Made by a program: the position numbers and the translations under genes. Shown here piece by piece: positions 1-13,353 of a stretch of 64,000 nt of DNA. The notes beneath the pieces were generated by a model. That model was given only the letters and a program-made list of their open reading frames with translations, did no database searches and had not been told where the DNA came from. Source of the DNA: the human T2T-CHM13v2.0 reference genome, Homo sapiens. The DNA is taken from the NCBI RefSeq assembly GCF_009914755.1, contig NC_060937.1; one strand, written 5' to 3'. Position 1 is the first letter of the stretch. Each line of letters begins with the position of its first letter.

Positions 1-1267
1 CCTGCTGCTGGGGGCGGGAGGGGACGCTGGGCTGACAGAAGGGATCCCAGGGGAATCTGGGCTTCAACCCCTTTCCCCAGTGACTTGGGAATCGAACCCA
101 AACTGGCTTCCTTATAAACAAATGTATAAACTGTAAATTGATGTAGGAAATGTTTTTCTTTTCTGTTTTCTTTTTGATGGCTATGGGAAGGTACAGGCTA
201 CAGGACATTGTATTAAATAGCAGCTTAAATACTCAAAAAAAGATATAAAGAGTAAAAAACATCAGTTTGCAAGAGTCCGATCAGACAGCAAGAGTTTTGC
301 AGTGGTGGGAAAATCACTGGAAGGCTGGAGAAGAGGATGTGCCAGCCTGCTCTCAGGAAGCAGGCGGCGAGGGTTCTGATCTGGCTACTGTTAGTGGTCA
401 AGAAGACTTTTTTATTTTTTTCACTTCCTTGGCAATGTATATCTCACCACTGATTATATCTCCCTTCCGGCATTGAGAAGTTGAGGAAATTCAAAGACAG
501 ATTTGAACCCAGGACTAGATAACCCAGAGAATAAGGCCAAAGAAAGGCAGGGGTGGCTCTAGGAGGCTGTATTCTAAGGCCTACAATTCTCTGGGCTGCC
601 TTGACATCTCTGAGCCTCACAGAGGCCCAAGGGCTTAACTGTGAGTTCCTCTGTGAGTTCCCCTGCCCTCACCAGGCATGCCCCTGACTCAGCAGGCAAG
701 GTCTCCCACCTGACCAGTACCCTGTCAGTCACCACCACTCACCCAGCCACCAACCTAATGGGTTTCCCCTCACTGCCCGTCTGTGAAATTACTCAAGCAA
801 GACAGGAAACTCCTCCCATGGGAACACAGGGTTACCTGGTCCTCTTGCTACTACAAGGCATGACCCCCACGGCCCCTGCCGGTCCACTCTGTTCCCAAGT
901 GCAAGCCCCATGTGGCCCTGCATAACATGCTGTGTCCTCCTCCCCCAGGCAGTGAGTCTAGTGACTAATAAGCTGCTGTCCATCACATCTGTCCAGTGGG
1001 GGAAGGGTTGCATTTGGGCTTCTCCCACTATTTAGGACAGGGACCCCTCCCTCACCAATAGGGTAAGTAGGAAGTAATCAGAACAGAGGGACGTTTTGAG
1101 TCACAAGCCTTTTTGGGAACATGCTGTATGTGCAAACTCTTAATACCAGCAGCAAGTCCCAGTTGCTTTTCCTTTGCCTATGAAGCAGAGCTTACTTCTC
1201 TGAACAATGCAGTAAGTTTTAAAAGCTGACCAGTATAACAAAGGAAGTGTCTTAGAGAAAACAACAG

Positions 1268-1593
1268 GGCTGGGTGAGGTGGCTAATGCCTGTAATCTGC
1301 GCACTTTGGGAGGCTGAGGCAAGAGGACTGCTTGAGGCTAGGAGTTTGAGACCAGCCTGGGCAACATAGTGAGACCCCCATCTCTTAAAAAAAAAACCCC
1401 ACAAAAAACAAAAAACCAACCAACCAAAAAAACCTGACTGGGCACGGTGGCATGCCTATAGTCCCAGCTACTCAAGAAGCTGAGGTAAGAAAATTACCCC
1501 AGTCCAGGAGTTCAAGGCTGCAGTGGGCTTTGATTGTACCACTGGACTCCAGCCTGAGTGACAGAGCAAGACCCCATCTCTTAAAAAAGAGAG
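1268..1593 (+). mobile_element. Alu (AluJ-like) with expanded middle A-rich linker
   Basis: Dimeric Alu with 14-bp TSD AGAGAAAACAACAG at 1254-1267 and 1594-1607. Confidence 0.92.
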
Positions 1594-2061
1594 AGAGAAA
1601 ACAACAGATGTATTTGGAAACACTCTTCTCTTATTTCTCTTCTGCTTGCAATGGCAAAATGCTGTCTCCTGGGATATCCAAGATAACGTAGCTGCTGTGA
1701 TGCTAGGCTAACCTGAAAAGTGAACTACTGAAATTCTAGCTCTAGAAAAGACAGACTAGTTGTCTTATTAGTTCTATACTTATAAAAGATAAATTATCAC
1801 TAGGATTACTAAGAAGAATTTTCTGTTAGATCATTTTTCTCAATTCTCCACTACAGACTCATCTACTCACCTGAGGATTATGAGGATTATGAGTTTTATG
1901 GAGCAAAATTTGCCTAGAACAGGTTGTCAGCTTCTGTGGACACAGTCTTCTACCCTCAGAAATCCCATTGGAAGAAAGAACAAATGAAGCATCCCAAGGA
2001 CTGGAGGATTCTCTTCCCCCAGGGTATTCAAGGAAGACACTGGGGAACAAATTGAACAAAG

Positions 2062-2067
2062 TTTATT
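2062..2067 (-). terminator. TMEM272: Candidate TMEM272 poly(A) signal AATAAA (3'UTR about 2045-5450)
   Basis: TTTATT on the plus strand, followed on the minus strand by U/GU-rich sequence (ctttgttcaatttgtt). Confidence 0.6.
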
Positions 2068-3162
2068 TCATCAACAATGAAAAATGCCCAGAAGGAAATG
2101 AAGCACAAGATTCAGTTACACAAAGATGAAAGCTATTGACCACTTGGCCACTTCTCATACTAAAAGAGAAGGAAATAACACGAAGTACTGGAAGTGACAT
2201 TATATTGTCCTCATGGTGACAACCAGGATGGGCCTGACATAAGCCAGTCCAGGCTGTATGTGTGGCCCGAGTGCACACATGCGGTTTCTCTGGCCACCGA
2301 ATCAGAACCAGCTGGGCCCCACAAGTCAGTCTCTGGGGGCTGTGATTCTGCATTGCAAACAAGTCCTTGGGTAGCTCTCAGGGTTCACCAAGATTTGAGA
2401 ACCACTAGTGTGGCTGACTCCAGTGAAACAGTCCCACTTTTACTGCTTTCAACTGTCATTTATATAGATTCAGGCAAAGAATGGTTTTTAGAATGATGCC
2501 CGATGTAGCAAATAAAATGATCTCAACATATAGTTTATCTTTGCTGCAGTCTTTTCTCAGATGGGAAGAACAGATTATCCCTCTCTGCCACATAATTTGT
2601 TCCCTTGAGGTTTCATAGCATCCAGAAAGTTCAGGTGTTCCCATGTCCACTTCCCATTGCCTTGCCAGGTTCCCATGGAGGAAGGCTGCCCAGCTCTTGG
2701 GCCAGTCTTAGATGGGCATTTTCATTCTCCAGGTATACACAGCACATTTCATATCAGTGTGGACTGCCTACTTCAGGCCATGCCAAGGATTATAACTTCT
2801 TCTATAACCAGGAACTTCTTACACTCACCTCCAGCTCAGTGAAATTATACTAAGAGGTGATCACTTAAAGGGCACGCAGCTCAGCCCTTCCTAGACAGTC
2901 TGGGTGTCATCCCTGGATTAAGCCAGACTTCAAAGAACCACAGTTATAGACCATTTGCCTTACTTAGCCCCAGAGCCTCTTTCTTGAAATGTGCCTTATC
3001 ATAACCATCTCACCATCTCCTGAGGGAGGCCTTAATCAGTTATCATTCAAAGCCTGCTGCGCTTGAAGATGTCACCCACTGAACCATTCAGTGTCCCCTC
3101 TATGAATGGATGCACATGAACATTTTCTTTAGGATCTAACCTGTTTCCCCAGAAGGGGGTAA

Positions 3163-3245
3163 TTTTGTTTTTTAGAGATGGGGTCTCATTCTGTCACCCA
3201 GAGTAGAGTGCAGTGGCGCAATCATAGCTCACTGTAACCTCAAAC
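3163..3245 (-). mobile_element. Alu fragment in TMEM272 3'UTR
   Basis: gagatggggtctcattctgtcacccagagtagagtgcagtggcgcaatcatagctcact. Confidence 0.8.
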
Positions 3246-5353
3246 CAGGGAAGATGTATGACCTATACAAAGAGATCATCACCTCTTCCTTACTGCTTTG
3301 GTGACAAGAAAACTCAAAGCTAAAAATATAGTCCAGATTTTAGCAATTATTTAGGACCTATGACCAGTATTCTCCATTGCAACTGGGGGTGGGCTGGTGG
3401 GGTGCATATGAGAATGAGCACACTTCATCCACCACTCCCTCTGGGAAAGATTTCTGCAACACTCTGGTGATACTCATGCCTACCAGAAACTGGGAATGTC
3501 CAACGTTTGAGACCTAGCTACTGATGTATCCAAAGCACTAACCAGTACCTGCCATCTGCTAACAGAAATCTTCATGCCCATGGTTGTTCACAGCTCTTTC
3601 CGCCTTTGCCAAGGCCCTCGCAACAGAAGCCTCAGAGGCTTTCATGTGGGAGTCATGCAGGTGTCCCTGGGCCCAGGTCTTTGCTGCTCACAGATGTCCA
3701 AGCATTGGCTAAGTGACTGGGAATGGCTGACGAGTCATGGACTGGGGAAAGGAGGGTGGGAGAGGAGCCCATGGAACTCCTGTCCACCCCAGTATCATAG
3801 CCCACAGACTCTCCCCAGTCCCCAACACAGAGAGGGCAACGTGGGACACAGTGAGGATGGAATTGGGCATCATAGGTGAGGTAGGATCTGCAAACTGCAC
3901 ACCCGCTGGTTTTCTGCCATGGCTCAAGTGAAAATGAAAACAGAAACTGCCCTTAGGGACAGGGGCAAAAAAAGGGCTGTTCTTCCTTTGTCCAGCAGAT
4001 GGCACACCAAGCACTTTCTTCTCACCTGGGAGGAAAGGGGGACTAACGGTGACTGCCCGGGGAGTGCTTCTAAACTGAAATGGGAAGACCCCATGGGACT
4101 CACGGGGCCTTTCTCTTAAAGCTACGGAGAAGAATGAGCCTCTTGGTTTGAGCTGACACTTCTGATGAAGGGAGGTGCCTCCATTCATGGCCACTCAGGG
4201 ATTGGTTTGATGAGAAAGCACGAAAACATAACAAAGTTAAAAAATAAACACAGCTCAGCAGTGTGTAAATATACAGAAATGCTATGCACGTGGCTGAGAG
4301 AAGCACAGTTAAGCAGGTGCCACGCACCCCTGGGCACTGCCCTAGAAACACTCATGACAGTATCTTCATACAAAATTCTAAAACATGGGACTTTTTGCTC
4401 ATAAAGAGGCTCCCCAGCGAGCACTGACAACAGACCTGGACTTCATCTCTCAACAGCGGCAGCCAGAGGGAAGGTTAGTGGTCACTGTTCGGTGTCATCC
4501 TGGACTTCCAGACATCTCAATTTACAAAAGGCTTCCAAAGCCTAACTGGTCATTAGGTTGAGGAGCTATTATTCGATATTTAAGCTCAGAAACCAAAAAC
4601 AGCTACACTGACGGCACCCCAACTCATGCAACCTGTCCAGAAACATACAAAACTGGTTTATGCCACCCAGCCAGCCGCAGATCATAGAGAGGTACTTGAA
4701 TAGCCAGAGGCAGAGACAGACTCAAGGCCAAGCAAAGAACCTGCAGCAGCGGCACACGGTGCACACGGCGCTGCACTCCGCAATGCCTGTAGCAGGCCAG
4801 CCCGCCCCCTATGTGGAAGCTACTGCTTTGACGTTGTTAGATTTTATAGCTGACCTTGGGATGTTCCACCCATCACGTCAAACCTATCTGATATAGGGCT
4901 GGAAGAGACTGCTCCTTCACTTTCCCAAAAGGCAGCTAGAGTCACTAAAAGAATATCTTTTTCCTTTTAATAACAAAAGCCATCATAGCGAGTGAAGTTA
5001 AGATATATCTTGTGTGAAAGTCTGTGCACTTTCTATAACTTCAAGGTGACCATGGCTGAATGACAGCAGCAGTAGCAACAACCAACCTTGCTCTTGCACC
5101 AGTCATTGAAATTGCACTATGATTTGAAAAGGTCTCCCATTCTTTGCCTCCCACACTTCATACCCTCAAAAACAATTATCCCTTTGAAAACTCTTGTGAG
5201 AACAAAATTCCCACTCTGAAAAGAGCAGAAGTGATTTCCCCATGTCTAGGAAGGCAAGAGTTTCTTTAGTCTGCTATTATATTCAGTGCCTTTGGGTGGC
5301 TTTTTAAATGCCTTCAGGGAAGGTTTTATTACCTTTATGCCCTTCTCTGAACC

Positions 5354-5429
5354 TGTGTGTGTGTGTGTGTGTGTGTGCGTCTGTGTGTCTGTGTGCACGC
5401 GCGTGCATGCACACGCATATGCATACATG
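5354..5429. repeat. (TG)12 plus alternating purine-pyrimidine tract
   Basis: Read directly. Includes the perfect palindrome TGCACGCGCGTGCA at 5394-5407. Confidence 0.9.
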
Positions 5430-5450
5430 GTATGCTGGACAAGGCAGCTG

Positions 5451-5813
5451 TCAGTCTTCATCGGCAGCAAGTCTCCACCTGGAGCACAGGTAGACACAGC
5501 CGCTGCACAGCAGGAGCAAGACCAGCACAGTGTGACTGAGCGCCAGGACTCCGACTGCAAAGAGGTACAGGGTTTTGTCACAGTAGTCCTGAGGCTGCTG
5601 GAAAGGGGGAAGAAAATCAGGCAGGTACACAGAAAAGACCCAGTAGTTTCCCAGGATGAACCAGAGGAAGAGGAAGAGGCTCAGCAGGAGGTGGATGTAG
5701 TATCTGTGCGCATTCTGCCTCCAGGGGTATTCGTCATCGTCATCGTCATCAATCACCACGGCCTTGGACAGCAGCCGCCTCATCCTGGTGGAGTCGTACA
5801 ACAGGAGAGACAC
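5451..5813 (-). CDS. TMEM272: TMEM272 last coding exon (VSLLLYD...WRLAADED*), acidic loop, TM3, TM4
   Basis: Acceptor ccccag|GTG, 363 nt to TGA. Exon lengths 58+60+83+363=564 nt give a stop-free 187-aa protein matching TMEM272 as I recall it. Confidence 0.95.
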   Translation of the reverse strand: MSLLLYDSTRMRRLLSKAVVIDDDDDDEYPWRQNAHRYYIHLLLSLFLFLWFILGNYWVFSVYLPDFLPPFQQPQDYCDKTLYLFAVGVLALSHTVLVLLLLCSGCVYLCSRWRLAADED

Positions 5814-7539
5814 CTGGGGCGTGGTGGGGAGCCAGGGTGGCAAGGCAGAGCAGCAAAATAGACGGGAAGAGAGGGGATAGAAGGTAGCGGTGGTGGGGTG
5901 TTGGTAGGGAGAGAGAAAGAGGAGAGAGAGGAAGGTGTTATGAAAAGTGAACAACACACTGGAGTTACAAATGCCATCAAGCAACGAAATTTAATTTGAA
6001 GAATAAGAATTAAAACTGGCAAGAATGAAGGCATAAATTCATCGCCAGCATCCTCAGTGGTGTTTTCCTTTTAGATGTGTGAGTTGGTTTGGACAAGGGA
6101 TTGGCTGGGGTAACCCATCTCTGCATCAAGGTTCAGACTGACTCTCTCCTGTATTGTGCTAGCACATTTGCACCCACACATAATGTAAAAATGACACCTG
6201 GTCCGCATGCTAGAGGACCTTGAAATATATCCCTCTGTCTTGGGAGGAACCCCTAGCAGACTTTTCCCTGGTACTTCCAGGCCATGTAACAGGCTTGGCC
6301 GAATCCAGGTACCGTGAGCCGTTTCCTCCCCACCCCAGCCCCGCCCAGCCTGCTTTCTCTCTTCTTGGAAGTTTGTACCACTGCCCATCTCAGGCATCTG
6401 GAATTCCCAAGTGGGGCTGTGGACTGAGAGTCCCTCTCAGTCCTCGTACATCTTTCAAGTCAAGAGCACAGACCCTTGTCCTGGGAGTGATACTCTTGGG
6501 GGACAGACCATCTGGGCCCCTGGTAGATGGTCCCTGACTCCAGCCTGACACGCCTTCGAAATTCTGCTGCCACTTGGTTACACAAAGCACCACGACCCAC
6601 CCGACTCTAACTGGCCACAAATGCCTTTGTCACAGGGGAGCACACTTTCCCCCTGGAAATGCAGCGGTGGAAGGACACAGGTGGTCTTTGCTAAGGAATG
6701 CCTTAACAGCTCCCCGTCTTCTCTGCCTAGCAACTTGATCTGTGATGTTTTTGAAAGCCTGACCTGTGTATCTGCTCTCTCTGGCTTCCTAGGCTACCCA
6801 TCTCTCCCGAGGCCACACTCATGGCACCCCTAACCCTGGAGAGCAGGGCATTAGAAAGAATCCTTGGATGACGGAGGATGTGGCCGACTGGCAGAGGCGG
6901 GGAGAGATGCTGAGCTTGAGTGAAATGGAAGGGCAAGCAGGAGCCAAGAGATGCAGCTAACTGGGCTCCAAACTGTAAAGAGAAGCAAGGATAAAATAAA
7001 GAGAGACAGAGAGATGGGAACAGCGAACCCCAAGCTGTGCCTTGGGTAGGTGATAACTCCAGATTTGGACTTGTTCCATTTAAAATTTTGGATGGAAATG
7101 CAGGGCCTAGTGGCCCACAGGGGGCAGAGTCAGAGCCTGGAGGTGAACAGAGAGAGGTGAGGACTCCTGGCAGAGATCTGGGGGTTACCCGTGAGGAGGT
7201 GATAGTGACTCTGGGAATGGATGTTGTACAAAAATAGACCCTGGTGCTGGGCAAAGCGCTTGACATACATTATCTCAATGAATTCTCCCAGCCTGAGGCT
7301 AGAGGTACTAAATAAACATGGGCGCAGGACCAAAACTGGAGCCATTGGGCCAAAATGTCAACAGCAATTTTCTCTGGGTGGTGAAATTTACAGATGATTT
7401 TGATTTTCTTCTTTGTGCTTATCTGCATTCTCTGATTTTCCAAAATGGAGAGTTATTACTTATGTAAAGATACAAAACCTAAGGAGAGTGGTTAGTTTAA
7501 TGCTTGGTATGTGTGATCTTTAATGTCCATCCTAGCCTG

Positions 7540-7680
7540 GGGCCGCGTATTATCTCTGTTGCCCAAATGAGGAAACTAAGGCTCAGAGAAGTTAAGTCAC
7601 TTCACTGAGATCCACAGTGAGTAAGAGAATGAGAAGGGCAGTGGTCCACACCTCTTTGACCACTGTCTACACCACAGTAC
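7540..7680 (-). mobile_element. MIR
   Basis: MIR core atgaggaaactaaggctcagagaagttaagtcactt. Confidence 0.7.
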
Positions 7681-10600
7681 ACTGATGATTAAATCGGAGG
7701 AAATTAAATTGGAGGGTTCTCGCCTAAGACTTGCAGCCCGGCTGGGAGGCAGAACATCTCCATAAGAAAAGGAAAGTGAGGCCTTGGGGGAGTTCAGAGA
7801 GCCACCCACAGTAGAGCTGACTCATCCAGGGAGGGCTGCCTGGAAGAAGGGGCATACTTGGGACCCCTATGCACAAGGAGAGGTGCGAGGGTCCTCCTCT
7901 GAGGGGGAGTGGTGTGGCAAAGGTGAAGGGTGGTGGGTTTAGGGTAGGGGAAAAACCAATTGCCTGTAGTAGGTTGGCTGACGGTGGCTGTGTGGTTGGG
8001 AAAGCCCAGGCTGAACACCAGCTCGCTGTTTCCTCACTGTAAGCTGGAACTGAGAGTCCAGCTCAAGTTTCCATCACTCAGATGCATTTCCCTTCCTTGC
8101 AGGGCCCCATTCCTTGGAGGAATTCCCCCACCCACCACGTGTCCCCAGATCTGGCTGCCCTCCCAGGACTGGTTCTTGGCTACAATGATGCCAGGAGAAA
8201 GGAACCAGCCCAAGGAAAGAGCCGTGGCAAGTGGGTCCCACTGCCCAGGCTTCCTGGAGCCACCTGGCCCCCTTCTCTCCCACTAACCTTTGAGGTTGTG
8301 AGCTCTTCCAATCAATGACCTCTTAAGTTAGCCAGAGTTGATTTTTTGTTCCTTGTAGTCAAAGAATCCTTCCTGAAGCAAGTACCTGCCTCAAAGGGGC
8401 ACGGTGAGGACTGAATGAATTCCAAATGAGGGCAGAGCCGTCAGCATGGCATCAGCAAAAAGCACATGCTTACTAGGGGTAGCAATTGCCACTAGGAAGG
8501 GTGATGTGGGAAGATGAGGGGGAGTGCAGGGTAGGCAATGGTCACTGAATCCGTCTTTTGGAAACTGTCTTTTAACATGACCCTCAGTAACAAATACATT
8601 TTATGCCAGGTCCTAGTCACTGGGTAACTGCATGTCCTTGTTGGCTTAGAGAAGTCCTGGTTTATGCTGTTGCTCTGGCAGGATGATTATTAGAGCCCCC
8701 TTGTACTCTCAAAAGTGTCCCAGTTAGGATGATAAATTACACGGTCAACTCACCCAAACACACACATGTCCATATGTAAGTATCACACAATACTTAACTT
8801 ACTAGGCACTCTAATTTTCTATTTTATTTTTTAAAAAGCAGGTCACACACAGCCTACTTAATTCATTTCCTGATCTTTTAATGGGGCATGACCCTCAGTT
8901 CTTCCTGGTAGCTCCATGAAATGTCAGCTCACATCTCTTCAAGTTTCTCTTCATAGAATGCAATACTGTGAAGCTATCTGATGCATTTCACGAAGGATGT
9001 TGGGACCCCCTAGGCAGGTTCTGAGGTTGAATACAAACCATCATTATCACAGGCAAACTTCTGCCTCTGGGGACTCTAATCCTGTTTGCCGCTGCTCTAA
9101 TGGTTATGGACTCACTGTATATTACCTTGCCATCATGAGCACAAAAATTTAATTTGGCTTCAAACGGTTTTAGATTGCCAGGGCAAAAAATCAATGCTGC
9201 TTATTAGGGCCTTAGTTTGTTCACTAAAATAAATTACCTTTGGGTCCTGGGCTGGCTTTCAGAAAGGAAAAGTTTGCTGTTTTTAAGAGGAACAGACCCC
9301 ACGGACAGTAGCATCTCTAAAGGAAAGTTCTGCTGGGCAGCTTGACGATGAGTGAGAACAGGAGAGGCAGAGGTAATTACTGCTGAAAACGCTGCCCTTG
9401 TTTTAAGCATCTCTATGGCACTCAAACCGTTAGAGCCTTCCCTTAACACTGTGGGGGCCATGGGGAAAATGTGGCCCCGCTGAGCCAAGAGCCTTTGGGT
9501 TTTCTTGGAGCTGAACAGAGTCCCAGGTAGATCCCATGGGGATGTTGTGATGGGGATGATTGTGTGTACTTGTACATTTTAGGACACTGCCCACCAGATT
9601 GCTGTTAGGAGATGGGGACATTTAACAGTGAGGTTACCTCAAACACAAAAGCCTCCTAAGGTTTGCCCCAAATCAGACGTCTCCCACGACAGAGTTGAGC
9701 TTGTGGCTACCAATTGCATATGAGAACAGCAATTTTCAAGACGTTCCTTTGATGTCTTAGATCAACAGCATGACCAGCGCCACTGGCCAGGATCTCTCCA
9801 AGGATCCCCGCACCAGAAGGCAGCTGGCAAAGAAACCCAACACTGGGTCCGAATGAGAGTTCATACTTGGCACTCTTGACTCAGTTTTCTCTTGTGTTAC
9901 GGCTTTGTTTTTATGAAACCATCTTGGGAAAATGGATGCTTGTGTTTTCTGGCTTTGATATAGAAAGTGGTGAGGTGGGCTTGGAAGACTGGGAAGAGTT
10001 GTTGATAGACAGAGGCTGACCTAAGCTTCTCTTGGTAGGTGTAACATTTCTGTGGGCCAGGGATCTTGAAAACAATTGCAGGCTATGCACGCCCCTGATA
10101 TTTCTTCTTCAGTTGCTTTTTCTGTTTAAACAAATGTCAATACAGCCCAGGAGCAGATTAACTACATAACCTTGAGAGTCACAGAGAAGCACTCCTACCT
10201 CAGGCATAAGAATACTTTAATAGTTGATTGATAACTGCAGCCAATTAATCCTATGTTAGTCAATTGAGAACTAGGAAGTATAGTTAAAAGCAGAAATAGG
10301 AACTGCTAAATCAAACATATTTTAACCAAATGCAAACCCTGCCTTCAACAGGAAGCTTTTTTTTCCTCAAAAAAAAAAAAAAAAAAAAGCAGCAGCAGCA
10401 GCGCAGAGAAAGACCATGATTTCACTGGCTGAATTCAATGGTATAACTGGCAGTCAGGGACTCCTCTGCATCAACTCTTGTCAGACCAAAGCCACAGCTT
10501 AGCACATTGAACTCAACAGCAGGAAGGAAGCTCTTGCAAATATGCACAGCCCTGGGTAAATGCCCTGCATCTGGAAAAATCTGTGTCTCTGGAGCTAGCC

Positions 10601-10737
10601 CCATCACTTCAGCAACCACGCTTAGGGGGAAGTTGTTTTGTCTCCCCTGTGAATAGCAGGCAAATAACAGGTGCATTACAGGATGCCTGTGAGTTAATTT
10701 CTACAAGGACTACAAACAGCAGATAAAGATACTTTAC

Positions 10738-10820
10738 CTTTAAGGTACCGACGATGCCACCCACTAGCAAATATAAAGGAATGAGGGGCTGTATAGGGCA
10801 GTCCTCCAAAAATTTCATTC
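10738..10820 (-). CDS. TMEM272: TMEM272 coding exon, loop + TM2 (GMKFLEDCPIQPLIPLYLLVGGIVGTLK)
   Basis: Acceptor cttctgtttgccctatgtag|, 83 nt, donor AAG|GTAAAG. Phase 1-0. Confidence 0.93.
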
Positions 10821-11766
10821 CTACATAGGGCAAACAGAAGAGGATTGAGAGAAATACATTCGAGAGCACAAAGCCCAGTTTTGAAAATGAGTGGAACACC
10901 TTCAAAAGCCAAAATGTTAATCATGCAAACCATATGCTTGTGGGATCTGCTCAGCCTCACCAGTCACCTGATCCTCAGGAAGCTCAGTGGATTGACACCG
11001 CAGAAATGGCTCTCACAGCGGAGTGGCGATAAATACTCCCGCAGACAGGGCAGGGACCAGGTGTCGCTGCACCTTTTTTCTGGGTATTAACTGGCTATGG
11101 GTTGCACTCTGCCTTTCTGAATAGCCAGTGTATGAGAACTCAAGTTTTCAAGGATTCAGGATTCAAAGGATCCCTTTAAATATACGGTTTTCTTGATATG
11201 CTTAAAATAAGGTTCAATTTATGAGTCACATTTCCAAAATGTGACTCTGCGTGAATGAGGTTCTCATCTACTCTGCTTCCAGGGGCCAGGTGGCAGGGAG
11301 GAGCCGCTCTTCCTCCCTGTGCAGCAAGCCCTCTGCCGTGTTAGTCACAGTCACCATATGATAACCATTGACCATGCCACTCGCTGGACCCCATGCTGGG
11401 AAACACGCGTGTACTCACATATCCTTAGCTACCAGATACAGAGTACTACCAAGCCAGCCTACCCAGTCTACCCTTTCTTAATGGTAGTTTTTCTCCCCAA
11501 AGCAATGCTCTGTCTACTTTTCTCAGGTCTTTGTTCCCTAGACCTATTAACCAATGATATGATGTGTCTATTTAACATATAAAGAAGAAATGCCCATTTC
11601 CCTCAGGGACCAGTCTGGCTCAAACAACCAAGCTCCAGATGAATTCTAACACACACCTTTGCTATGGGAGACACTGACTGCCCAGCATGTGCCCTTGTTG
11701 GGTAGCAAGGCAGTGTGACCAGTTCTGACCAGTGGGCTGTGGGACACCTTGGGGCCAAAGCATTTA

Positions 11767-12060
11767 TTTTTTTTGAGACAGAGTCTTGCTCTGTTGCCCA
11801 GGCTGGAGTGCAGTAGCATGATTCAGTCACAACTCACTGCAGCCTCAACCTCCCAGGCTCAAGCGATTCTCCCACCTCAGCCTCCTGAGTATCTGGGATC
11901 ACAGGGATGTGCCACTATGCACAGCTAATTCTTTTTTTCTTGTAGAGAAGAAGGACTCACTATGTTGCCCAGCTTGTTCTCAAACTCCTGGGCTCAAGTG
12001 ATCCTCCTGCCTGGGCCTCCCAAAGCGTGGGATTACAGGCCTGAGCCACTGTGCCCAGCC
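11767..12060 (-). mobile_element. AluJ inserted in an MLT1 (MaLR) LTR remnant (about 11580-12325)
   Basis: TSD GGCCAAAGCATTTA at 11753-11766 and 12063-12076. MLT1 3' end aataaactcttacagtgttaagccactggg...ctgactaacaca follows. Confidence 0.88.
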
Positions 12061-13024
12061 CAGGCCAAAGCATTTAAAAACTGATACATGATTCGTTGTT
12101 TGCTTCCTCTGCTTTGACCACCTGGAAACCATGGGTGGAGATGGATTGTTCTCAAGATTGAAGCAGACTGGACTATTATGTCATCACATTGCCTGAGAAG
12201 TCCCCATGCCCCCTGAGCCATGATGGAATTTGCGTAAGCAAGAAATAAACTCTTACAGTGTTAAGCCACTGGGATTCCAGGGTTAATTTGTGGCTGTAGC
12301 ACAGTTAAGTTACCCTGACTAACACATCTGTCAACAGAGTCCAAGAAAGGGAATTCTTACTGTAGAACCAAAGCCTCCTGTTTAAATGACATTTAGACTT
12401 TTAGCTTTGATTTGGAATTTTATTCCCTATAAATGCCTTGATACTTAAGCAGAAGGAGTAAACTGTTTTTCTATGACTACACCATATTCCATTGAAATGA
12501 ACAAAATTTTCTAGGTATACAGAGAGCCATAAATTCAGGGCCCAAAACAGAGTTTAGTCAAATATACACGTTGATCCAATCATCAACCTATGGAGGCTTG
12601 TCTTTTAGTTATCTCTGATGTTTAGGTGAATTTGTTATTAAATGGAAATACTTTCCAAGTCTCAACACAGCCTTTTCACACAAAGACCTTTAAGTACTTG
12701 GTGCCAAATTTGTTGGACATGGACTGCCTTTCAATTCAAAAGCCAGCTGTGAAATGAACATTGAGTAATGGCTTAGATATCTGCTCATTCCCAATGAATA
12801 AAAACAGCTGCTGTTCACAGGAGAGTCAATCAGTGCACAGATGGCTTAAAACGATCCTAATAAATTTAATAAAAGCCATCTTTCCCCCTGTGTTCTCATG
12901 TACTTCTTAGGACCTACCTTAACTCTAGATTTTCTTTCTTGTCTGATCTGCAGTATCACGATTATTCTTTTTGGTTTTAGATCTCTCCCTAGTTCAGTTG
13001 ATAACAACTACCAAATGTAGTGAT

Positions 13025-13200
13025 TTTTAAAATATTTGTTATTGTGATAAAATATCTCAACAAAAATTGCCATTTTAACCATATTTAAGTGTACAATTCA
13101 TCGGCATAATTACATGCATCATCTTGTGCAACCATCACCACTATCTATTTCCAAAATGTTTTCATCACCCCAAACACAAACTCTATAACCAATATTGCTC
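13025..13200 (-). mobile_element. L1M (L1MB-type) 3' end fragment
   Basis: ccattttaaccatatttaagtgtacaattca...gtgcaaccatcaccactatctatttccaaaa. Confidence 0.7.
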
Positions 13201-13353
13201 TAGAAGCAATAACACCTCCAAAACCCTCTTTCCGCAGTGGATGTGGTGATTTTAATATAATATCCATGGGAATTGGCTTGTGGGGTCTTGTCTCTTTTAT
13301 GCAGCCTTATTGGTGGATGAATTGTTGCAGTTAAGTTCATTTGAAAGATAACT

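Noticed and set aside
5286-5861. 191-aa plus-strand ORF
   Set aside because: Antisense shadow of the TMEM272 last exon plus the TG repeat; GTG start.
5814-5984. N-terminal part of the 177-aa ORF 5451-5984
   Set aside because: Intronic pyrimidine-rich sequence upstream of the acceptor at 5813; TTG start.
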